Source of the DNA: Hydrurus foetidus
Taxonomy: Eukaryota
Assembly (NCBI GenBank): GCA_900617105.1
Contig: UYFQ01000476.1
Location: 1-64,000 of the forward strand
Direction: 5' to 3'
Length of the DNA: 64,000 nucleotides
Part shown: positions 9,694-20,651 of the stretch, in pieces
Position numbering within the stretch: position 1 is the stretch's first letter
Layout: each line of letters starts with the position of its first letter
Translations under genes and position numbers: made by a program
The notes under the pieces: model-generated
What the model was told of the DNA's origin: nothing
Seen by the model: the letters and a program-made list of their open reading frames with translations, nothing else
Databases searched by the model: none

Positions 9694-12196
9694 ATGACTG
9701 ATACTCGTGTTGCAGTTCCTGTTGAGTACCTAGAGTTGGCTTCTGCCGGAACTTCTAGGGCAACTGAAGCTGGGAAATCTTCGGCAAAGGTGAAATTCAA
9801 TCAGTTTTGCGCGACGAAAGTAATTGGCATCAGCCCTCAGACTCAAAAAGCATCAATTGACCTGTTGAGTGAAGACGAACTTTGCAGCGAGAAACTATTT
9901 CGCGAGTTCTCTACTTACCTCCTTGAAAATGCTACGAACAGCAAGAACGCAAACCGCGATTATCTGATGTCTAGGACTGCGATTCAATATCTGTCCGCGA
10001 TTAAGGAGTTTGCCCAGAAGAAGTTTCCACAAAACGCATTATGGGAAGTGCGCTGCCTTGACAGATGGTATCCGTCTTTGAGAGTTGCTTTAGAAAAAAA
10101 AGTCAATCGTCGACAGATAGTCAACGGACAACCGGTTTCAGAGAGTTCTCAAGCTATCGGCAGGAAGCATTAATGCGAGACGGTAGAATGGAGGCCATGA
10201 AAAGAAGACTGGCAATCAATATGACATTCTTGGCAGTAGGTCGGGCTGGAGAAGCCGCGTGCTCAACGTGGTCATCGGTGGCGTGGGATTACGAGCTGGG
10301 TAATCTTCTGATGGACTGGAGTGAGATCAAAACGGGTGATTCGGACCCCATGAACTTTTTTTCGGACAAATCGTCCATGGCGATAGACTTTTATCACTCA
10401 TTGGCCTGCTACCTCGCTCTTGGTGGTGGCAACGCAAAGTTGAGTCAGACTAGTGACTGCAACTGGATCATGCCTGACCTTGCTCGAAACGCCGAGTCTG
10501 CAGCATCATTGGTCACGAAGTATGTGAGGGAAGCTCTTTCGCAATGTGACGATGAGACTATTGCTCAAAGCAGTAGAGACTACGAAGGAACATCACTCAG
10601 GTACGTCTACTGAAATACTTTTAAGTTTTTCTTATCTAGAGAGCTAACTTCGTACTTTTCCAATTTTGCAGGGTCGGCGCAGCAAATTATCTCGCTTCCC
10701 ATCGAACGATAAAGTTCATCGATATCGTACTGCGTTGTGGATGGGAAGGAAAGGGAATAAGCCGTCTGTTCATATATATCGAAGGAATTTTGAACCCTAT
10801 TTCATCAGCGGGACGCGCCTTATCAGGTTGGGCTGATTTGCGGGTCAGTGTGTACCAGCCAGAATGTGTATTCATTACTCCTACGAATCACACTCAAGTG
10901 GAAAACCTCATCATGAAGTTGTTCCAGTGTTCGGTTCCTTCAATGCACTCAGGAGGGAAGCTGTGGCCCTTGGCAAAATGCCTGTTCGCAACCTTTCTAC
11001 TCTATCTACCCCATATGCGCTCAACTTACCCGAATCACACGGTACTCAGGGTTATCACAGAGAATGCTCATGAGTGCGGGATAACTCTTGCAGTACTGCT
11101 TCAATGGAGTTCATCAGTAAAGACGAAGTTTGAGAATGATAACATGGAGGCCAACCTACGAGAGGGTGAATCTCTCATGCCTGTTCTTTTAGAAAGAATT
11201 ATCATCCTTGAGGAAAGAGTTCGAAGCAGCCAAGAGGTATTTATTTCTAATTCCTCCTCTGCCTCTCTGTTCTTCCTATGAAGCTGACTCTTTGTAACTT
11301 CGACAGGCTAATGCAATTATGACCACACAAATGGAGTCCATGATTGGTCTGTTGAATGATGTCAAATGTGCAGTGAATGGAATGAAAAAGGATAAATCGA
11401 ATAGCTATCACGCTCCTCGTAGTTCAGCAAAGAAAAGACCCTGCGTGGAAGCAATTCCAGATGCTGGAGAAGTTGAAGGTACTACAGTACATATAGCTGC
11501 TGATTCACAAATGCCTACCTACGCAGTGCCTAACACTACATTGTCCTCATGCATTATGTAGAGTCTATCATGGAGACTGTTCCTGCCAGCCGATGTCAAC
11601 TATTTCATGATCAATTTCGGAGGTCGGTTACTGGGTACAATATACTTGAGCTCTCTCATATGCCGGCAGAGACCTTCATTTATGACTGGTACGCTAAGAA
11701 CCTAGGGCAAATTAAGAGCACTGGAGTAACACTGAATTCTTCGAAATGGGCAATGGTGGTGGGCAACAAGACAAGCAGTGACAATGCTAGTGATGCCAAA
11801 AGCATAATGAAACTGATCGTGAAGCTTGCAAGTAAGGAACAAATCGATGACGTCAATGCTCCTGTACCGGATGCTGCCAAGGATCCCAACTACAAAGTCT
11901 GGGAGATGAGATCTCGCGGCATTTCAAAGGCACTTGCCAAGCTAGCCAATGACCACTTAATCTTGAAGGAGGGGAAAGTCGGCAACGTCAAGACTCTCAG
12001 TGTTGGGGCAATGGCAAGGCGATGGAAAATGTTGAAGTATGTTGATCCTACTGAGAGTGACATCTCTGGCATCCGCTCCGCTGTTGCGAATAGTAGCAGT
12101 AGCAGCAGCAAGAGCAAAAGCTGCAGCAGTAGCAGCTCAGCAACAGCACGAAAAATTCCTCTCCAGAAAGGAAGCAAAGTTAGAGTATCTGTGTAA
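9694..12196 (+). CDS. Crypton-like tyrosine recombinase, 4 exons, one frameshift near 10160-10170
   Basis: Catalytic-type motifs GRAGE (R), EIKTG (K), GTSLR (HxxR position), RCGW (H/W) and SRLFIY (Y), followed by AGRALSGW. Frame-restoring GT-AG introns at 10601-10671, 11237-11306 and 11479-11561. Confidence 0.82.
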
Positions 12197-12272
12197 CCAG
12201 CTGTTTTGATTCCTGACGATTACTGTTTAGTATGATATAGGCAGAGACCAGTACTCGCTCGAAGGCGAACAG

Positions 12273-12369
12273 TTTAAGTAGCATAGTGCGACCAATTAAC
12301 TCATAATTCATGCAAAACCATTCTTGATTTAAGTAGCTAAGCGCGATCAAATAGTTCATAATTCATGCA
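12273..12369 (+). repeat. Imperfect 42-bp direct repeat pair (12273-12314 and 12328-12369)
   Basis: TTTAAGTAGC...GCGA.CAA...TCATAATTCATGCA occurs twice with period 55. Confidence 0.8.
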
Positions 12370-12380
12370 GCTGTAGTACT

Positions 12381-13088
12381 CACTTTTGACCGCTTTGACA
12401 ACCTGCTTCCAAGCGCCGGAGCACGATGGCGACGGTATTGCGCTGCTCAGTGGTGCATCCAAGGTGGGTTAGAGTTGTTAAAACAACTAAAATGAGTTGG
12501 CGGTCACTTGGAATGTGGAGTTCAGTTATCGAGAAATGCGGAGATGGTTGATGTTGAGCAGAATTTTCTATGAGTGCGATCTAATCATTGATTACGGTCT
12601 CCAGCTGATTTTGAAGTGGCCGTAGAAGATATATTCAATGAGTGGTTAATGTAGGCGGACGGCGACGTCAGATTCAATTGGCAACTTTGCAATGATATGA
12701 ATTCAACCTGTTGACACCGGTTTGAATCGAATCTGAGCCCGTCCGAAAAGATTTCTTGATTCATGGGGCTTCATGTTCAACGAAGAAGATGAATTTCTGA
12801 CTCAGGCGCAGCCATTCTCTGTCCTTTGATGTGTTCTAGATCTGAGTTGGAGTTGGTAATGTGAATAATATCATCCTTTACGACGAGCAGATCTCGTCAG
12901 CAGAACAACATTTTCGATTTTTATAATAGGGCTTGAATTGACTGAAATGTGGGTTAATTTAAAATTCTGATATTGGCGGTAAATTCATTAATCTTTGTGG
13001 GAAATTTCAAATCAGGGGTAGGAAAGTTTCCCGCCTGACGGCTGAAAGGCACTTTTGACCGCTTGAAACCTGCTTTCAGGCGCCGGAG
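12381..13088 (+). repeat. Imperfect ~40-bp direct repeats (12381-12421 and 13050-13088)
   Basis: CACTTTTGACCGCTTTGACAACCTGCTTCCAAGCGCCGGAG vs CACTTTTGACCGCTTGAAACCTGCTTTCAGGCGCCGGAG. Confidence 0.85.
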
Positions 13089-13097
13089 TTCACCACT

Positions 13098-13304
13098 GGG
13101 TGACACCGTTTATTCCAGAAACCCAGACCCCCAGATTTTGGGTGAAGTTTTTGAAAAATCTGGAATGATTTAGGGTCCTATTTCTGGGATTCCAGATAAA
13201 TCTAGAAAGGGGGGTCTCCAGATTTCTTGTCTAAATCCCAGAATCCCAGATTTTCAAATCCTAAATCTGGGGGTCTGGGTTTCTGGGAATAAACGGTGTC
13301 ACCC
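13098..13304. mobile_element. MITE (207 bp), Harbinger/PHIS superfamily
   Basis: 41/42-bp TIR GGGTGACACCGTTTATTCC(C)AGAAACCCAGACCCCCAGATTT, flanked by ACT on both sides (13095-13097 and 13305-13307). Confidence 0.93.
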
Positions 13305-13531
13305 ACTGGGTGCGACCGTAAATTACTTTTTCACCCAGAAATCTCAAATCTAGACCGTCTAAACCTATTCCAGACTCCTAAATCTAGGTTTCCATCCGAA
13401 ATCTGGAGGGCCCTCCCCCCCCCCTCTTCTAGATTTCCATCTGGGATCCTAAACTCCTAGATGTCCTCGTCGGCATGTCTTCCTCATAAGACATCGCAAC
13501 TCGACATAACCTTTCATTAGAACCAACCGAG

Positions 13532-14558
13532 ATGAAGTCGTCGAAAGGCCGGAGCGTTGGGGTCCCCAATTATAAGAACGATTTGCTCACCAACGTGATC
13601 GAGGCGGTCCTGCCAAATGGAGCTGCGCTTTGGCAAGTCGTTGCGAAGAGATACCAAGAAGTATCTGGAGAATTGAACTTAAGGGATGTCCAGGATATCC
13701 GCCGACATTTTACAACGCACAAGAGCTTGTGTGCAAGTGGTAAAAAAGTGACCGGCTCCTCAGCGCCAAACTCATCAGTAGCTAGATGTCAGGCTATATG
13801 GAGAAAAATCCTTGCAAAATCAGCGGCCTCAAACACGGGCGCCAGAGAGAGCAGCAATAGCGATTCCGAGTGATTCTGGCTCTGATCGCGCAGAAGAAGA
13901 GAATCAGATCCCCAATCTGGAGAACGAATCCCAGCGCCCAAACATCGAAAATCTTTTCGATGACGATGACCGACCCATCGTTCCTATCAATGCCCCCGCC
14001 CCTCCTGTCGAAGAATTGAGACCTCTTGAGCAGCCGATTATCCAGAGAAGAGCAGCTCAAATCCGAGAGCCATCCCCTGTGGCCGGGCATAAGAGGAAGC
14101 AAGCCATCGAAGAGGAAAGAGGGAAGAGCAAAAACTGCCGTAATCATCCACGGAGTTCCGCCGGAGCCGCGCTGAGCAGTATGGCAGAGGCATACACCCG
14201 CAAAATCTCGGAGCCTCCCAGGAACACTGGTGATTCAAGCGTCTCGCAAATGATGATGATGCAAATGATGTAGCAGAATCAGCAGTTCCAGACTCAGATG
14301 ATGATGATGCTGATGGGACCCCGCCGCAGAGAGCACTCCCCTCCTCGGCGTTTTGATGGCTATGATTCCAGGCGTTTCAACGACTCTTTCCCTACATCTG
14401 CATCACCTTCATTTTCTTCTTCTTTATCCTCGTCATCTTATGATCACCACAATCGTAATGAAGCATATGACAGATATCATTCAGAACCCTCTAATGCTTC
14501 AATTCCTGATCAGTCAATGTACAACCCAAACGATTTCTCCTCGTCCGATCGTTTTTAA
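13532..14558 (+). pseudogene. Accessory Myb/SANT-like DNA-binding protein of element B (frameshift near 13865, in-frame TAG at 14271)
   Basis: N-terminus GRSVGVPNYKNDLLTNVIEAVLPNGAALWQVVAKRY and an M/Q-rich helix. The ORF pieces 13532-13873, 13812-14273 and 14298-14558 are collinear. Confidence 0.75.
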
Positions 14559-14695
14559 TTCACACAATGTAGAAGCATTTAAACTTATATCATTCTAAAC
14601 TAAGAAACCGTTTTATTTAATTATTTAAATTGAATATTATCAAGACCAACATAACGAACGTGTATTTAAATGCAGGATTGTACGTACGTGCGTGT

Positions 14696-15835
14696 TTATC
14701 GGAAGTAACGTTGTATACGATCATAAGTATTCAGATTGATGTACTGTTCATAGTGTGGATTGAATACAGCAGCAATTTGATTGAGTCCAACGAAGTCAGT
14801 TCTGAAGTTATGCAGGAGTACAATACTTAAAATAATTTTATTCCTTTTTTCGTGATTTGAAGTGAGCCTACTTTTTAATCGGCTGAACGAACCTTGTAGT
14901 GCTCGCATACCCCACTCAGAAGCTTGACGTAGTGAAATGTACTTCTCATGTAATCGGACCAAGTAATCAGCAATTTGAGGGCTCAACTTCTTCTTCATTC
15001 TGCTTGAGAGGGGACCGACAAATCTACCGTGTAGGTGACCAGTGCGAGGAAAGCCCTGATCGACACAGAGAGCATAGTGACCAATATGATCAATAACCAC
15101 ATTAATCAAATCCTGTGCGACTGTAGCATCGTGCCATGACCCGGGATAGTTGTATGCGCAGTACATCACTTTCCCCTCTGGTGAGAACGCGAACACATTA
15201 TTGCAGCACGTATCATGACTGTACCCATTATATGCAGCATTTTGTGTGTACTCATCGTCGGAGCATTGTATTGGTAAGCTTAAGCCATCCACGAAACCTA
15301 TCACATTGTCGATAATTGGCTCCCTCGACTGAACCATCGCGGCGAAGTGCTGCATCTTCTCCGGTCCAGGGAACGTTATTTTGGATATCTCGTTGTTCTT
15401 CAATTTGCGACACACTATGTGCAGCATCTCTTCGATGATTCTGTTCGCAGTGGAAGGCACAATGCCGAATATCAAACAAAGGTGTTTAGTCTTCATTTGG
15501 GAACCAACGTAGAATAGAAAGAGCCCCAGCTGACCAGAAGATTTCAAACATAGAGGTCGTCCGACTCTCTTCCTGTTGACGTCATCATCAAAAAGGCACG
15601 CTTCCAAGCACCAGAAAGATACTCTGTTGAATCCGGTCAATTCCAAGAAAGAGCTGTCATCTCCATGCGCGTAGAGGTGCTGCCATGGGCTAAGATTTGG
15701 TAATAAAACACCACTTCTGCTCAATTTGGATTGGTTTCGCAGTGAATTGTACCAATGTGCAGCCAAATAAGCTATCAAAAAGATGGCCATCTCGTCATCG
15801 TCTTCTTCCTCGTGATCACCATGGTAAACTTCCAT
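14696..15835 (-). CDS. DDE transposase (DDE_Tnp_4/HARBI1-like) with N-terminal HTH
   Basis: GFVDG, YNGY, PGSWHD, VDQGF and RQASEWGM motifs in an uninterrupted ORF; first ATG at 15835. Confidence 0.95.
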   Translation of the reverse strand: MEVYHGDHEEEDDDEMAIFLIAYLAAHWYNSLRNQSKLSRSGVLLPNLSPWQHLYAHGDDSSFLELTGFNRVSFWCLEACLFDDDVNRKRVGRPLCLKSSGQLGLFLFYVGSQMKTKHLCLIFGIVPSTANRIIEEMLHIVCRKLKNNEISKITFPGPEKMQHFAAMVQSREPIIDNVIGFVDGLSLPIQCSDDEYTQNAAYNGYSHDTCCNNVFAFSPEGKVMYCAYNYPGSWHDATVAQDLINVVIDHIGHYALCVDQGFPRTGHLHGRFVGPLSSRMKKKLSPQIADYLVRLHEKYISLRQASEWGMRALQGSFSRLKSRLTSNHEKRNKIILSIVLLHNFRTDFVGLNQIAAVFNPHYEQYINLNTYDRIQRYFR

Positions 15836-16380
15836 CGTGTAGATGTTTAAATATGTGCTGTTGCAAGAATTGAAATATCTTTCCTGTTCGAAGAAATTCA
15901 AAAAAATTCAAAAAATCAAAGCAATAATTTCAAATCTAGGTGTCTGGGAGCATAAAACCCAGATTAATAAACGGTTGCAGTTTAGTTTTATGCTGTCCAA
16001 ACCTATCCCAGATATTTAGGATTTTAGGTTTGATTTTAATTTACGGTCGCACCCACTACCGAAGGTAACTTTCCCCAAAATTTGGACAACTAAAACATTT
16101 GGGAACCCCAAAATTTAGGGGACGTTTCATATTGCTGGCCTCAGCGATCGCCAGACCACCTAAAACTGGCCCGGGGCCAGTGAGGCCAGGTTCGCTCAAG
16201 CCTATCGTACGGTTGAGTTTCAGAATGACCTTGTCTCCATTGCCCCTAGGTGCAGCGGTGATCGAAAATCTGTGGGTCGCGGTTGGGAGTGAAAAAGTCG
16301 ATTAAGTAGAGAATTCTAGCGTTTGAAGCCGACATTCTGGAGAGGAAGCAGAGACATCATAGTCTAAATACTAGCTATCC

Positions 16381-19300
16381 ATGGTCGTGCTTATTACAGA
16401 TAACGATGTCTACTATGAGTTGCGGACACCGGGCACTACAGCGATTGGCAGAGCCAGCAGCAACGACGTCATTCCAGAGAGTCGCTCTATATCGAAGCAA
16501 CACGCTGTCCTAACCATTCAGATGACATATGGTAGAATGGAGATGTGGATTGAGGATTTGAACAGTACTAACGGGACATATCTTGGGCCGTCACCACTTG
16601 AAATACACAAGATATCTGTTAAAGAGGAGGTCATCTTCGGTGATTACCTGCGATTTGGGCATTCTTCGCAATATTTCAGAGTTCTTGAGACTGTGTTACC
16701 TGGTACCGGAACGTTCTCTGCGGGTCTCCAGGATAATATGTCGAGCGATGACAGCGCTCAGGATTATTTGGATAGAAGTGACGGGAGAAGCGAGTCGCTC
16801 ATGTATCCATATCAAGGTGAAGAGGACAGTGAGAGTAAGAGCGGTGGTATCTCAGTCGTCCCACACCCAGCTCGCCCACCTAACCAAAGATTGTCGCGAA
16901 GCACACCGACGCCATATCAGGCAGAAGACAACAGGCAGCATCCCGGATATTCTAGAAGATCAGCAGAATATCCTAGGAACGTTCTTAGAGACCAGCCCTT
17001 TAGGTCAGGACCGGCACTCAGTGAGAAAGAAAAAGAAAACAGAATGGAAAAATGTCCTGATACCAGTAGATCAGAACAGAACAATGAAAGACCTCTGGCG
17101 TATAGAGATTCTGGGAATTTAGAAGTATCAGTTGACTACCCAGCCATTGGTCCTAAAGCATCAGTTCAGAATCCGGACAGGAATGTTCAGCACTTATGGG
17201 AATCACCGTTTTCTCCTTCCGCTGACGAAGATGGTTCCCAGATATTTCCGGAGGATAGTTCCCAGGATCTATCTCCATCGCCATTAAGATCCAGAAAAGA
17301 TTACGATTTTAATATGATGATGTCAAATAATGTTTCGAATGATCCGTCAATAAATCATTCAAGTATTTTCAACAACTCAAAAAACTTTATGTTAAATAAT
17401 GGTAATAAAGGAGATGACGGAAGTGAAGAGATTAGTCCAGATAATAGCAATGAAAACGAAAACTTTCATGAAAATGAAATTGATTTATCTTTCAGTAATT
17501 CTGATAAATTGGGATCAGTAGAAATGAATCCGAGAATTCAAAATTTACCGAAACCGGATATAAATTTCCCACAAATAAATCAAATTAACAGGAATTACGA
17601 AAATGAAAAAAGTGATGGACTGGATAATAAAGAAAGTGCTTTGCAAAATAAAATTTATAATGGTGATTTAATTCACCAAGCGAATCGCATCATACGACAA
17701 AGATCAGTGGAAAAAGGAAAAGATGCACTTAAGAATATATCGCCGAATGTAATCGTTGACGAAGAAAGTGATAAATATAATTCCAGTTTAGTTCAAATAC
17801 CGATTCGGTCAAGTTCCGGTAGAAATTCTCGTGAACGAAACAGTGTTGCAAATATTAAAGAGTTACCAGAACTACGAAAATATTCTCAAAATGAATTTCG
17901 AAGCAGTCTATTACCAGCACAGAAAAATACTTGCGATACTGATTCTCGCGAGTGGGGATTTGGAATAGGTTTTCAGCAGCAAAATCAAGGAAATATACAT
18001 CAAAATAAAAGTCTGGAAATGAGTCATTTACAAATTAATAATACTAATATTTATCCGGAGATATTTAGTATTGCTAGGATTGCTAAAATTATAATGGCAC
18101 AAAGAAAAAAAAATAATCATAGTGATACTAATACAAGCAGTATCTCTAGAAGCTATTGTAAGTCAGAAAAATTTGGTAATAAAAGTATTGGTATTAATCA
18201 TAATGTTCCCCTCACAAAAATCGACTTAAAGAAAGAAGGACTCGATTTAGATGATTTTTCCTATTTAATATCTAATGATAAATGTTTAGCCGATCAATTA
18301 TATACGATTCTAGGACCCAATTCAATTGATAAAATTCCGAATAATTTCAAAGGTAATTTTTTAAGAAATTCATGAAATTTCAATTTTCTTGTTATTGCTT
18401 AATCAGCGATAATTGATCTGATTTATTAGTAACTATTAATTTCAACGAAATATTTTGTAAGCCTGAATTTTGTAAGCCGATTTAATTTTTTCTGCTTCCC
18501 TGAATTTTAATTTCAATTAATATCGTGTTGATAATGTCAATTTTAAAATTATGTGTTACACCTATTTTTTTGCGATTCTTTCTGATTTTGTATCTTTTAA
18601 GATGATGCTGAATGAAAATTACATTCAAGCTGATTTCATTGCAAAATTTTGATATGTTACAGAAGAGTGGTTACATATACAACATCTTGCTTATATAATT
18701 ATTACCATTATCATAACTATTATCAATACTATTATCATTACTATTATCATTACTATTATCAATACTATTATCATTACTATTATCAATACTATTATCAATA
18801 CTATTATCATTACTATTATCATTACTATTATCATTACTATCATCATTATTATCATCATAACTATTATCATTACTATTATCATTACTATTATCAATACTAT
18901 TATCATTACTATTATCAATACTATTATCAATACTATTATCAATACTATTATCAATACTATTATCAATACTATTATCAATACTATTATCATTACTATTATT
19001 ATAACTATTATCCTTATTATCATCATAACTATTATCATTACTATTATCATTACTATCATCGTTACTATCATCGTTACTATCATCATTACTATTATCATTA
19101 CTATTATCATTACCAGTATTGTAACAATGATTAACAGTAGTCTAGGATTCTTAATGGACATTACCCTAGTGCATTCTGTTTTTATAAATCTTAATTTAAG
19201 TTAATTCTTATTTTTATATTCACCTTGATATCGTCAGAATAATATAAAGGTGTTCACGAATATCGGAAATAAAGCACTATCATCAGTCTATTTACAAAAA

Positions 19301-20564
19301 TTAAAAATAAGCCATCATTCTTTTTTTTCTTTTTTTTGCAGAAATGCTTAAAAGAGTTCCGGATAATATTTTGTCGCAGAGTGTAACAGAAGATCTTGTT
19401 GAATCCAATACTAATAATGAGAATGTAATACTAAAACGTGAGAAATTATTAATACAGTTGAATAATTTGATTGGTGAATTAAATAGTTTATATAAGCAAT
19501 CTGTACTAGGCAGCAGAATTGTCGATAGAAAAAGTGAAAATGATGATGGGGAAGTAAAAATGAAAAGTAGTAGTTCAGAATTAATAAAATATAATAGTAC
19601 GGATAATAACAGTAACATTGATAGCAGTAAAGATATCCGTGGTAACAGAGTGAGTATTGTTGATGAAACTGGTAGAAACGATTATGATAACAGTGACAAA
19701 AATAATCAAATAAAAGTAAATAAAAAAGAAAACTTCGGTAGTTATGATAAGAACTCCAGGATGAGGAAAATTGGTAGTCATTCATCAGAAGGCGAAACAG
19801 GTTCAGTGACTGTAAAAGAGCTTAACTCAGAAAGAGGAGGTGAAAGAGGTAGAGATCTGATAGGAGTAAGAGGTAGCAGAGGTAGTATGATTGAAAATGA
19901 TGGGAAAAGAGGTATAGAAAGAGGTAGAGATGAGGAGAGGGAGCAAGAACTTGATTCCGTATTGCATGGAGTAATCACTGGAATCATATCTGGTGAGTAA
20001 ATGCCTATATTCATGAGTGTTGTACTAAATATTTATGATATGAAATGATGAATGACTATGGTTACAATTATTTCTTGAATAAATTATATTTTATACAATA
20101 TCTTATATTTATAATATAAATCGTGTTTTGTGTAGAACGTTTGAAATTTTTGTTCCCTATTCTCAATGTGTGCCAGTGAATTTTTATCTTCCGTCATTTT
20201 AATTTTGTTTTACTAATTGATTTTGTGATTTTTATTTCTTTAGTTTGAGATAATGTCGTTTATAGAGGCGTCTCTCTAATCCGTATTTTTCCACATTCCC
20301 ATCCACCTTAATCAAATTATAATCCAATTATTTTATTTTCTAAATGAATAGATGCTATTTCAACGATGAGAAGCATTCAACAAAGACCTTTGATATTTGC
20401 CCTGATTAGAGCAGAAAGAAACTGCCAATTTTCAAATAAAATAGAGTTGTATTTTGCAAGATCAGAGAAGAGATTGTCGGAGTTATTATTGTTTTTAAAT
20501 GTACAAAAGAACGGAATTAAAATCGGAGACTTCAAAGAAGATATACCTGGTAAGAAATTTTCAT

Positions 20565-20651
<87 letters not shown>

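Larger units (their letters stand above)
7888..10037. repeat. Tandem duplication, period ~1093 bp (copy 1 ~7888-8946, copy 2 ~8979-10037)
   Basis: Near-identical copies containing the 5' Myb gene, the Harbinger terminus and the 5' part of the recombinase gene. About 8 substitutions and one 2-bp indel separate the copies. Confidence 0.95.
13308..16054. mobile_element. Full-length two-gene Harbinger/PHIS-superfamily transposon (element B, 2747 bp)
   Basis: Perfect 18-bp TIR GGGTGCGACCGTAAATTA, ACT TSD (13305-13307 and 16055-16057), and convergent DNA-binding and transposase genes. Confidence 0.95.

Noticed and set aside
159..12196. DIRS-like retroelement made of the RT plus the tyrosine recombinase
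   Set aside because: The RT belongs to a Gypsy element with its own DDE integrase, PPT and LTR, and a Harbinger end separates it from the recombinase
6891..16054. Single large Harbinger pairing Myb gene A with the 14696-15835 transposase
   Set aside because: The transposase is enclosed by its own TIRs and ACT TSD with its own accessory gene, while element A has a different terminus and a TAA flank
18649..19161. Tyr/His-rich and Ile/Val/Met-rich ORFs
   Set aside because: Translations of an intronic 12-bp satellite
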